A DNA stretch of 64,000 bases from Nitrosopumilus sp. (GTDB lineage Archaea; Thermoproteota; Nitrososphaeria; Nitrososphaerales; Nitrosopumilaceae), in NCBI GenBank assembly GCA_965206745.1, contig OZ242220.1:960001-1024000 (forward strand), read 5' to 3'. The translations under genes were made by a program, and so were the position numbers. Below the pieces are notes generated by a model that worked only from the letters and a program-made list of their open reading frames with translations, was not told the origin of the DNA and did not search any database. Shown in pieces: positions 28,197 to 38,100 of the stretch (within the stretch, counting starts at the first letter, position 1; every line of letters begins with the position of its first letter).

Positions 28197-30122
28197 TCAA
28201 CCCAATTTTTCGATTTCATCTAATATGTGGGGGTTTTCAAGGGCAGATAGATCCCCAAGATCATCTCCCAGTAATTTGGATTTTAGCAGTCTGCGCATGA
28301 TCTTGCCGGTCCTAGTCTTTGGGAGATCTGATAACTCGAGGACAAATTTGGGCTTGGCCACCTTGCCGATTTTTTCAGAGATATGATCTGAGATCTCTGA
28401 TGCTACCACGCTTTGAGACTTTTTGTCTGCCACGAAAAACACTACAATTGCCTCCCCAGTAATGGGATCTGGGATTGCAATGGATGCAGCATCAGATATC
28501 CTGTCGTGTGAAATTACCGTATGTTCAATTTCTGCAGTGCTCATCCTGTGGCCTGATACGTTAATCACATCATCAGTTCGCCCACGCATGTACCAGAGGC
28601 CATCTTTGTCGACAAAAACATAATCACCGTGAAACCAAATCTCTTTGAATCTGGACCAATATGTCTCCAAGTATCGCTTGTCGTCATTTAGCAGACTGCG
28701 TGTCATTGCAGGCCATGGTGATTTTATCACAAGGTATCCGTTTTGGCCCCGTACCGAGTTCAGATCATCATCAACTGCATCCAAATCCATTCCAGGTACC
28801 GGTATGCCGACTGTGGATGGCTTTAGCTTCATTCCTGGAAACACAGACAGCATCGCCCCGCCTATCTCGGTACCGCCAGACAGATTCATGATGGGAACTT
28901 TTTTGTTTCCGACTTTTTCATAAAGCCACCGCCAAGAATCCTCATCAAGTGGCTCCCCTGTTGTAGGAATGTTTTTTATTTTATCCAGAGGGAATAGCTT
29001 TAGCGGCTCAGCGTGATTTTTTTTAAACATTCTCACAGCAGTCGGCGATATTCCAAAAATTGTCGCATTATACTCGTAAAGCATCCTCCAGATCCTATCA
29101 GATGCCGGAAAATCCAACGCCCCATCATAAATTACTGCACTGGCACCCATAATCAGCAGGCCGTAAACATTCCACACCAGTCCCGTAATCCAGCCAATGT
29201 CTGCAGGCCAAAACAAGATATCCTGAGCCTGCGTGTCAACAAGATACGCGGATTGGTGACCTGCAAACACAGAAAAGCCGCCATGGGTGTGGACTGCCCC
29301 CTTTGGCTTTCCCGTGGTGCCAGAGGTGTACAAAATGAACAGGGGATCCTCTGAATCGAGAATCTCGGTTCTGCACACTGCATCCTGGGAGGATACAAGT
29401 TTATCGTAAAAGACAACATCTTCAGATTCTATATATTGATCCTCCCCCTTGTATGGGATTACGATAGTCTTTTCAACTGCCGTATCCCTTAACGCATCCT
29501 GTGCAGGTTGCTTTTGCGAGACTGCTTTTCCCTTGCGATAAAACCCGTCAGATATGATCAGAATTTTGGCGTTGCAGTCCTTTAACCGCACATGCAGAGA
29601 CTCTGAGCTATAGCCGGAAAAAATTACAGTCTGGATTGCACCGATTTTTGCAGCCGCAAGAATTGACAGTATTGCCTCCTCGATCATTGGAAGGTATATT
29701 GCAACCACGTCACCCTTTTTGACACCCAGGGATTTCAACCCGTTTGCAAGTTTTGAAACTTTGAAATCAAGCTCAGAGTATGTCGTTTTTGATCTTTTGC
29801 CATCCTCGGACTCAAAATAGTATGCAACTTTGTCAGGCGAGTGTCTTGCAAATTTTTCAACTGATGATTTGTAGATGTTTGTCTTGCCATTGACAAACCA
29901 CTTGGACCATGCAGTCCCTTTGGAGACATCTAGGATCTTCTCGTATGGGGCATCCCAGATAATTCCCATGTCCTCATCCACTGATTTCCAAAACCACTCC
30001 GGATCATCTCTGGCTCTCTGGGAGAGATCCTCCAAGGATGAGATGCCGTGTTTTTGCATAAATCTGTAAATGTTGGATTCCTGAATCTGTTTTTTGGTTG
30101 GGATGAATTCAAATTCAGACAA
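28197..30122 (-). CDS. AMP-forming acyl-CoA (acetyl-CoA) synthetase
   Basis: YTSGTTGKPKG, GRTDDVINVSGHR, PKTRTGKIMRR; probable TTG start at 30122. Confidence 0.9.
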   Translation of the reverse strand: MSEFEFIPTKKQIQESNIYRFMQKHGISSLEDLSQRARDDPEWFWKSVDEDMGIIWDAPYEKILDVSKGTAWSKWFVNGKTNIYKSSVEKFARHSPDKVAYYFESEDGKRSKTTYSELDFKVSKLANGLKSLGVKKGDVVAIYLPMIEEAILSILAAAKIGAIQTVIFSGYSSESLHVRLKDCNAKILIISDGFYRKGKAVSQKQPAQDALRDTAVEKTIVIPYKGEDQYIESEDVVFYDKLVSSQDAVCRTEILDSEDPLFILYTSGTTGKPKGAVHTHGGFSVFAGHQSAYLVDTQAQDILFWPADIGWITGLVWNVYGLLIMGASAVIYDGALDFPASDRIWRMLYEYNATIFGISPTAVRMFKKNHAEPLKLFPLDKIKNIPTTGEPLDEDSWRWLYEKVGNKKVPIMNLSGGTEIGGAMLSVFPGMKLKPSTVGIPVPGMDLDAVDDDLNSVRGQNGYLVIKSPWPAMTRSLLNDDKRYLETYWSRFKEIWFHGDYVFVDKDGLWYMRGRTDDVINVSGHRMSTAEIEHTVISHDRISDAASIAIPDPITGEAIVVFFVADKKSQSVVASEISDHISEKIGKVAKPKFVLELSDLPKTRTGKIMRRLLKSKLLGDDLGDLSALENPHILDEIEKLG

Positions 30123-30162
30123 TGCCTGATTTTTTAAAACCCACACAGGGTAAAAAGATTTT

Positions 30163-30426
30163 TCATGAAATCTCGATTCCCAGCCGTCTTGCACATGCAA
30201 TGGCTGCCTTTCCTGAATCCTCGTCAATTCCGGCAGATTCCAGTTTTTGGGTCCACAGGGATTCTGTCCCTTGAGTGTTCTCACGATAGTATTCCCTCAA
30301 GATCGTGCCTATCCGGCCATCTAATTTCTCCCTAGTGGCATCATTCATGTTTTTTTGAAGGATGGTGGCATCAGACGCTGCGAGGATTTTGATAAACTCG
30401 ACATCCTCCAAAGATAGTTCAGGCAT
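30163..30426 (-). CDS. Hypothetical protein
   Basis: Coupled to the gatB stop. Confidence 0.8.
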   Translation of the reverse strand: MPELSLEDVEFIKILAASDATILQKNMNDATREKLDGRIGTILREYYRENTQGTESLWTQKLESAGIDEDSGKAAIACARRLGIEIS

Positions 30427-31832
30427 CAGACACCAATCTGTCTTTTCAGTATCTCAAGGGTCAGCACCGGATCTGCCTTTCCCCTAGTCTTTTGCATCAC
30501 TTTGCCTACCAGATAGTGGATGGTCTCAGGGTTTGATTTGGCCTGCTCGGATGCCTGCGTCTCCTCTGAGATTACTTGTGCGATAATTTTGAATAATTCA
30601 GATTCGTCTGAGACATTTCCAAGATCAAGTTCGGAGATCACAGCAGAGAGATCCTTGCCTGATTTTAAAATTTCATGCAATGCATTCTTGGATGAATTTC
30701 TAGAGACGCTTCCGGATTCAATTGCGTCTGCAAGGTCTCGCAGATGGGTCGAGGTAAATTTTGATGCCTCCCGCTTCTCCCGGGTATCTACCAGGCCCAT
30801 CAACTCTGTAGTGATGATGTTGGCCACCTCCTTGGCATTTCTCAGAGTGTGCGCCTGCTCAAACAGATCCGAATAATACTTGTCAGATGAGAGCACGTCA
30901 GCTACCTGTGCGGGAATGTCATATTTTGAGATGTATCTCTCTTTTTTGGAACTAATACTTTCAGGCATCTCAGATTGCAATCTCTTCTGTACCTCAGGGT
31001 CCATCCTAACCCATGGAATGTCCCCCTCGAGAAAATACCTATAGTCAAGATCCTCCTCCTTGGAGCGTGATGATACAGTTATCTTTCGCTGGTCATCCCA
31101 ATGGCGGGTTTCCTGAAGAACTTTAATCTCTCTGGAGTGGAGGCTTTTTTGTCGCGTGATTTCATAATGGACTGCCTTTTCCAAATCGTGAAACGAGCCG
31201 ATGTTTTTAATTTCAACTTTTTTGCCGCCTTCAACTGAGACATTTGCATCGGCCCTCATTGCACCCTCCAAACTGGGATCGGCGACCCCGAGATTTGCAA
31301 GGATATCAGACAGGATGTTTAGAAAGTCCCTGACTTCCTTTGGGGTCTCAAAATCCGGCTCCGTGACAATCTCAACTAGGGGGGTTCCTGCACGATTGTA
31401 ATCGACTAGGGTGATCAGATTCTTTGATGAGCTTCCCTCGTAAATCAGGCGTCCGGGATCCTCCTCGAGCTGAATTCGGGTTATCCTGATTTTTTTACTC
31501 CCCACCATTATGGAGCCTGAGCCTCCCACGCTGGTGTCCCCATAGATGTTCAATTGCGTGATCTGAAAGTTTTTTGGGGAATCAGGATAAAAATAATTTT
31601 TTCTAAAAAATGCAATCTTTTGAGGAACGGTACAGTTTAGAGCCATTGCAATTATCGTTGCCTTTTTGACTGCCTCCTGATTCAGCCTAGGCAGACTGCC
31701 TGGCAGACCCATGCATACGGGACAGATGTTTTCATTAATCCCAAATTCCCTATAGTTTGCCTTGCATGGACAAAACAGCTTGCTGTTGAGATCAGTCAAC
31801 TGGCAGTGAATCTCCAGCCCTATCATCGTCAT
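30426..31832 (-). CDS. gatB: Asp/Glu-tRNA amidotransferase subunit B
   Basis: IGLEIHCQL, RKNYFYPD, RADANVS, VEIKN. Confidence 0.97.
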   Translation of the reverse strand: MTMIGLEIHCQLTDLNSKLFCPCKANYREFGINENICPVCMGLPGSLPRLNQEAVKKATIIAMALNCTVPQKIAFFRKNYFYPDSPKNFQITQLNIYGDTSVGGSGSIMVGSKKIRITRIQLEEDPGRLIYEGSSSKNLITLVDYNRAGTPLVEIVTEPDFETPKEVRDFLNILSDILANLGVADPSLEGAMRADANVSVEGGKKVEIKNIGSFHDLEKAVHYEITRQKSLHSREIKVLQETRHWDDQRKITVSSRSKEEDLDYRYFLEGDIPWVRMDPEVQKRLQSEMPESISSKKERYISKYDIPAQVADVLSSDKYYSDLFEQAHTLRNAKEVANIITTELMGLVDTREKREASKFTSTHLRDLADAIESGSVSRNSSKNALHEILKSGKDLSAVISELDLGNVSDESELFKIIAQVISEETQASEQAKSNPETIHYLVGKVMQKTRGKADPVLTLEILKRQIGV

Positions 31833-33274
31833 ATTGGTACCTCCGGCAAACTTACAGTCTGCTCTAATGCGTATGCTGCCTGAAGAAGCAATTTATCATT
31901 TGATGAATCAGCCATCAGTTGGATTCCAATTGGCAGGCCGTTTGAAATTGCATAGGGGATGGAGATTGCAGGCTTTCCTGTGAGATTTGCAGTTATGGTA
32001 TTAATGTCAATTAAAAACAAGGATACTGGATCATCTATCTTTTCACCTAGTTTGAAGGGCAGAACAGGCACCGTTGGGGAGATTAAAAGATCAAATTTTC
32101 CAAATGCCTCATCGACCTCCCTTGTCAGCTTGCTTTTTACTTTTAGTGCCTTTAGGAAATATCTTCCCGCATGGCCTGCCGATGGAACAAATCCGCCGAT
32201 GATCATTCTTCGCGTCACTTCCGGTCCGAAATTCCGTCTGGCCTTTGAAATATACGAGTTAAACTCATAGCCCTCCAGCGGGAAATCATATCCGTATCGC
32301 AGGTTGTCATATCTTGCAAGATTGCTGCCTGCCTCAGTTGCAGTAATGGTATAGTATGCGGCAACAGAGTATCTTACCATGTCAAGGGATATCTCCTCAC
32401 ACGTTGCCCCCAAGCTCTCCAATTTTGCTATCGCACCTTTTGTTGCAGTCAAGACGGCAGAGTCAATCCCATCTCCGATCATCTCCCGGATTATGCCAAT
32501 TTTCTTGCCCTCTATGCCTGACCCTATCTCTGAGAGATAGTCTTGATTTTTGTTATCAATTGTGGTGTTGTCATTTGAATCAATTCCGGAGATCAGATTC
32601 AGCATGAATGCTGCATCCTTTACTGTCCTTGTAAGAGGGCCTATCTGCTCGATGCTGTTAGCATATGAGATTAACCCGTATCTGCTGATCAGTCCGTATG
32701 TCGGTTTGTAGCCTACAGTAGAGCAAAAGCTGGCAGGGTTTCTTACAGAGCCACCTGTGTCAGAACCAAGGGATGCAACGCATTCAAAGGAGCTAACAGA
32801 GACGGCACTGCCTCCAGACGAACCTCCTGGGACGCATTGTGTATTCCAGGGGTTCTTGCTTGGGCCGTATGCGCTAAACTCAGTTGAGATGCCCATGGCA
32901 AACTCATCTAGGTTCACCTTGCCGACAAATATTGCGTCTTGCTGCTTTAGCTTTGAAATCACGGTTGCATCATAGGGGGCAGTAAAATTCTCAAGCATCT
33001 TTGATGCGCAGGTTGTCTTTGAATCTTTGATGCAAATGTTGTCCTTAATCGAGATGGGCATCCCAAAGCAGTCCCCGACTTTGTGGCCTGACTTTATCCT
33101 CTTGTCAATTTCCCTGGCCTGATCAACTGCCTTGTCATTTACAGACAGGAACGCATGCAGTTTATCATCGACATCTTGGATTCTTTGGATGGTCCTTGCA
33201 ACAAAATCCTCGGCAGATATGTTTCCAGCCTTTACTTCCTCAATAAAATCAAGGGCAGATATTCTCAGGTTCAT
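31829..33274 (-). CDS. gatA: Asp/Glu-tRNA amidotransferase subunit A
   Basis: Amidase signature GGSSGGSA, LGSDTGGSVR. Confidence 0.97.
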   Translation of the reverse strand: MNLRISALDFIEEVKAGNISAEDFVARTIQRIQDVDDKLHAFLSVNDKAVDQAREIDKRIKSGHKVGDCFGMPISIKDNICIKDSKTTCASKMLENFTAPYDATVISKLKQQDAIFVGKVNLDEFAMGISTEFSAYGPSKNPWNTQCVPGGSSGGSAVSVSSFECVASLGSDTGGSVRNPASFCSTVGYKPTYGLISRYGLISYANSIEQIGPLTRTVKDAAFMLNLISGIDSNDNTTIDNKNQDYLSEIGSGIEGKKIGIIREMIGDGIDSAVLTATKGAIAKLESLGATCEEISLDMVRYSVAAYYTITATEAGSNLARYDNLRYGYDFPLEGYEFNSYISKARRNFGPEVTRRMIIGGFVPSAGHAGRYFLKALKVKSKLTREVDEAFGKFDLLISPTVPVLPFKLGEKIDDPVSLFLIDINTITANLTGKPAISIPYAISNGLPIGIQLMADSSNDKLLLQAAYALEQTVSLPEVPI

Positions 33275-33543
33275 GACGACATCTTTGGTGCACGGACGTA
33301 TGTTCCCCTGTAATGGTTTAGCTTGTCTATTAGTTTGTCATCAAATGGAACGTGTTTGTCATCACGTAGATTCGAGATTGGAATTTCAGGCATTGAGATC
33401 TCTTCGGATTCGACTCCTGCAGAATCCAGAATATCAAAATAGCTAATCATGGTGTGCACCTTTTCAACATACTCCTTGTGATCATCTATGTCGATTCGCA
33501 TTAGTTTTGAAACATGTTTTATCTCTTCTTCAGTTACCAACAT
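33271..33543 (-). CDS. gatC: Asp/Glu-tRNA amidotransferase subunit C
   Basis: EEIKHVSKLMRI...LRDD...VRAPK; lies between aspS and gatA. Confidence 0.9.
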   Translation of the reverse strand: MLVTEEEIKHVSKLMRIDIDDHKEYVEKVHTMISYFDILDSAGVESEEISMPEIPISNLRDDKHVPFDDKLIDKLNHYRGTYVRAPKMSS

Positions 33544-33549
33544 GCACAC

Positions 33550-34860
33550 CTACGGAGTCAGTCTATCCACGTCCCGCGGATAAAATGTGGTATCCCTGAT
33601 ATTTTCTGTCCCAGTCAAAACCATGATCAGCCGCTCCAGTCCTATTCCACAGCCTGCGTGGGGGGGAATGCCAAAATCAAATGCGCCCAGATGGTATTCA
33701 AACGTATCAGTCTTCATGCCTTTGTTCTTCATTCGCTCAGCTAACTCGTTGCGCTTTTCAATCCTGGTACTGCCCGATGACAGCTCCAAGTCACCATACA
33801 TCAAATCAAATGACTCTGAGACCTTGGGATTTGATTTGCTATCTTTTACGTAGAACGGTTTTGGCGCAAGCGGCCAGTCAGTAATGAAATAAAATCCGTC
33901 CAAGCCGATCTTCTTAAGGTTTGCAGGATACAGATCATCGCCCCATTCTGTTTTTGCACCTGCCTTTTGCATTCTATTGACTAGTTCATCATATGAATAT
34001 CTGGGAATGGCATCAGGCACCGGGATGCTTGGAAATTCAGATTCCGGATTATCCTTTGCATAATCACTGACAGTTTGAATGGATGTTTTTATGATCCCCT
34101 CAATCCTGTTCATTATATCATTGTAATCGACAAATGCCTCCTCCATATCTATTGAGATTGCCTCAGACAGATGGCGATTTGTTCTTGAAGGCTCTGCCCT
34201 AAAAATTGGCGCAATCTCAAAGACCTTTTCAAAACTCATCGTCAGTTGCTCTTTGTACAGCTGGGGACTCTGAGCTAGGAATGCCTCTTTGTTGTAGTAA
34301 AATATTGAAAACAGTGCAGCCCCGCCTTCCGTAGCTGTTGCAATTATTTTAGGGGTGTTAATCTCAACGAAATTCTGGCTTGCAAAGTATTCTCGAATTG
34401 ATTTTAGAACCAGGCTTCTAGTCTTAAAGATGTGCTGCAAGGCATCGCGTCTGAGGTCAATTGGCCTGACCTCCAACCGGGTATCGATGTTTTTTACAGT
34501 TTTTACAGTGGGCTCAAAGGGAGGAATTTTTTCAACATCTGAGAATACCCGAAGTTCTGTGGGGATTATCTCATAACCGCTAGGTGCCTTTTCAGATGCC
34601 TTGATTCTGCCTGTGATTGCAACTGAGGAATGTGCCTTTAGCGATGAAATCTTTTCACGGATATCGTCTGGACAGTCCCCCTTTTTTGCTACAATTGAGA
34701 GATTGCCGTTTTGATCACGAACGGTGGCAAAGCTGATGTTTCCATGCCCACGGACTGTCAAAATCCAGCCCATTACTGTGACCTCTGTGCCATCCATTGA
34801 GGCGTCAATTTCATCAGAGTAGTGAGTTCTGCGTAAAGTTCCCAGTTCTGTTTCTATCAT
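33550..34860 (-). CDS. aspS: Aspartyl-tRNA(Asp/Asn) synthetase, archaeal non-discriminating type
   Basis: LAQSPQLYK, FRAE, GLERL, PRD; operon with gatCAB. Confidence 0.95.
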   Translation of the reverse strand: MIETELGTLRRTHYSDEIDASMDGTEVTVMGWILTVRGHGNISFATVRDQNGNLSIVAKKGDCPDDIREKISSLKAHSSVAITGRIKASEKAPSGYEIIPTELRVFSDVEKIPPFEPTVKTVKNIDTRLEVRPIDLRRDALQHIFKTRSLVLKSIREYFASQNFVEINTPKIIATATEGGAALFSIFYYNKEAFLAQSPQLYKEQLTMSFEKVFEIAPIFRAEPSRTNRHLSEAISIDMEEAFVDYNDIMNRIEGIIKTSIQTVSDYAKDNPESEFPSIPVPDAIPRYSYDELVNRMQKAGAKTEWGDDLYPANLKKIGLDGFYFITDWPLAPKPFYVKDSKSNPKVSESFDLMYGDLELSSGSTRIEKRNELAERMKNKGMKTDTFEYHLGAFDFGIPPHAGCGIGLERLIMVLTGTENIRDTTFYPRDVDRLTP

Positions 34861-34922
34861 AATTTACTCTATTTCAGATGTAATCAATATACTAAGTTAT
34901 TGTATTTCCGCCCATGTCTGAA

Positions 34923-34945
34923 TCCAAATGCGCCAAAAAAGACTA
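34923..34945. repeat. Left copy of the imperfect direct repeat bounding the HYR island
   Basis: tccaaatgcgccaaaaaagacta versus cccaaatgcgcaaaaaatcta at about 42568. Confidence 0.4.
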
Positions 34946-35112
34946 TTTTTTACTTTGCTGCATGGCGCTATCCGTTCAGATCATGGTTTGTCTCCCGGCA
35001 TAGTCCAAACCGTGCTTGTATCCTCTCTAGTCACCCCCTGCTTGCTAATCCTTGTTCCCGTATTGACAATTGTGATGGTGAATGTCCTATGAGGTGAGAA
35101 TCACGGGTTTTA

Positions 35113-38100
35113 TTATTCCTGTATGGTCACCTTCTGCCTAGCAGTTACAGAATTTCCAGAATCATCAGTTGCCACATATGTCACTATTGTCAGACCTAGT
35201 GGGAATGATTCTGGGGCATTATGAGTAATTGTAACATCAGGGTCTGCGATGTCAGTTGCAGTTGCGATACCAAGATTCACATCAGTTAACTGACCTGTAG
35301 CTTCTGCGACAATATTATCTGGAATCATAATGGTTGGGTCAATCGTATCCTCTATAGTAATTAACTGGGTGGCAATGACCATATTACCAGAATTATCCAT
35401 GGCAGTCCAAGTTACAATGGTATTGCCAACGGAGAACAAGTCAGGGGCATCATTGGTTGCAGTTATCGAATCAATATTGTCTAAAGCTATGAAACTACCA
35501 AGATCCACCACAGTCAGGGGGCCTGTTGCCTCAACGATGACATGTGTTCGTATATACAACACAGGATCAGTTGTATCTTGAACCAGTACATTTTGTGTGG
35601 CAGTCGCAAAGTTTCCTGAATCATCAGTTGCAGTCCATGTTATTGTGGTGGTGCCAATTGGGAACAAGTTTGGGGCATCATTGGTAATTGCAACGTTGGA
35701 ATCCACTGTATCAGTTGCAGTCGGAGTATCAAGTTGAATCATGGAAAGCAGTCCGACTGCCTCAAGGATGAGATCTTCTGGTGCCACAATTACTGGTTTT
35801 ATCGTGTCCTGTATGGTCACCTTCTGCATGGCAGTTACAGAGTTGCCCGAATCATCAGTTGCCACATATGTCACTACTGTCAGGCCTAGTGGGAATGATT
35901 CAGGGGCATCATTGGTAATTGCAACATCAGAGTCCACTACATCAGTTGCAGTTATGACCCCAAGATTCACATCAGTTAACTGACCCGTGGCTTCGATAAC
36001 GATACTGTTTGGAGATGTGATTGTCGGATTGGTAGTATCCCTCACGATAACTGTCTGGGTGGCATTGACCACATTACCAGAATAATCTCTGGCAGTCCAT
36101 GTTACTGTCGTATTTCCCAGTGGAAATGAGGCAGGGGCATCATTGGTTGCATTGATAAAGATTGTATTGTCCGTAACTGTTGCAGTTCCAATATCCACCA
36201 CAGTCAGGGGACCTGTTGCCTCAGCGATGATATAGGATTGTAAAATCAACACGGGATCAGTTGTATCTTGAACCAGTACATTTTGTGTGGCAGTCGCAAA
36301 GTTGCCCGAATCATCAGTTGCAGTCCATGTTATTGTGGTGGTGCCAATTGGGAATGAGTTTGGGGCATCATTGGTAATTGCAACGTTGGAATCCACTGTA
36401 TCAGTTGCAGTCGGAGTATCAAGTTGAATCATGGAAAGCAGTCCGACTGCCTCAAGGATGAGATCCTCTGGGGGGATAATGGTTGGAGCAACGGTATCTT
36501 GTACTGTTACCCTTTGGATGCCAACTACGAAATTCTTTGAATCATCAATTGCAAGATATACCACGATGCTCAGACCTACTGGGAAAGAGTCAGGTGAATC
36601 ATTGGTAATCATGACGCTTGGATCTGCAAGGTCAGTTGCAGCTGCAGTACCAAGATTTACACCAGTCAGTTGACCGGTGGCTTCGACGACGACATCATCG
36701 GGAATCAAAAGGGATGGATCGGTCGTATCCCTGACGGTAATTGTCTGCGTGGCGGTTACAGTGTTTTGTGAGGCATCCCTTGCAGTCCAGGTTACAAGAG
36801 TATTGCCAACGGGAAACGAGTCAGGGGCATCATTGGTAATTGCAACATTGGAATCTACAATGTCAGTTGCAGCTGCAGTACCAAGATTCACACCAGTCAG
36901 TTGACCGGTGGCTTCTACAAGTATGTTATCTGGAACGTCAATTGTGGGATTGGTCATGTCTCCCACTATAACTATCTGAACGGCAGTAATCACATTACCA
37001 GAATAATCTCTGGCAGTCCATGTTACTGTCGTATTTCCCAGTGGAAATGAGGCAGGGGCATCATTGGTTGCATTGATAAAGATTGTATTGTCCGTAACTG
37101 TTGCAGTTCCAATATCCACCACAGTCAGGGGACCTGTTGCCTCAGCGATGATATAGGATTGTAAAATCAACACGGGATCAGTTGTATCTTGAACCAGTAC
37201 ATTTTGTGTGGCAGTCGCAAAGTTGCCCGAATCATCAGTTGCAGTCCATGTTATTGTGGTGGTGCCAATTGGAAATGAGTTTGGGGCATCATTGGTAATT
37301 GCAACGTTGGAATCCACTGTATCAGTTGCAGTCGGAGTATCAAGTTGAATCATGGAAAGCAGTCCGACTGCCTCAAGGATGAGATCTTCTGGTGCCACAA
37401 TTACTGGTTTTGTCGTGTCTTGCACGGTTATCCTTTGTGTGGCAGTCGCAGAGTTGCCCGAATCATCAGTTGCCACATATGTCACTACTGTCAGGCCTAG
37501 TGGGAATGATTCAGGGGCATCATTGGTAATTGCAACATCAGAGTCCACTGTATCAGTTGCAGTGACACTGCCAATATCCAATCCTGTCATACTGCTCAGG
37601 GCTTCTGCGATGATATCATCTGGAATCACAATGGTTGGAACCACAGTATCCCTGACAGTGACTGTCTGTATGCCTGTCAGGATGTGCTCAGAACTGTCAG
37701 TGGCAGTCCAGGTTACAGTCGTGATGCCGATAGGAAATGCATCAGGGGCGTTGTTGGTTGCAGTTATGGAACCGGCACTGTCTGTAGCTGTTGCAGTTCC
37801 AATATCCACCACAGTCAGGGGGCCGGTTGCCTCTGCCACAACATCAGAAGGCAGAATCAGCACAGAAACAGATGAATCCTTTACGGTCACCGTCTGTATC
37901 GCAGTTGCAGAATTACCCGAATCATCAGTTGCAGTCCATGTTATTGTGGTGGTGCCAATTGGGAATGAGTTTGGGGCGTTGTTGGTAATTGTAAGGGCAT
38001 CATCTACAATATCAGTGGCAGTAGCAGTGCCAAGGTTAATCATGGAAAGCATGCCGGCACTGACAAAGGTGATATCCTTGGGGGCAATGATGACAGGCTT

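Noticed and set aside
30123-30284. N-terminal extension of the acyl-CoA synthetase
   Set aside because: Overlaps the upstream 87-aa gene in another frame; TTG at 30122 is more plausible
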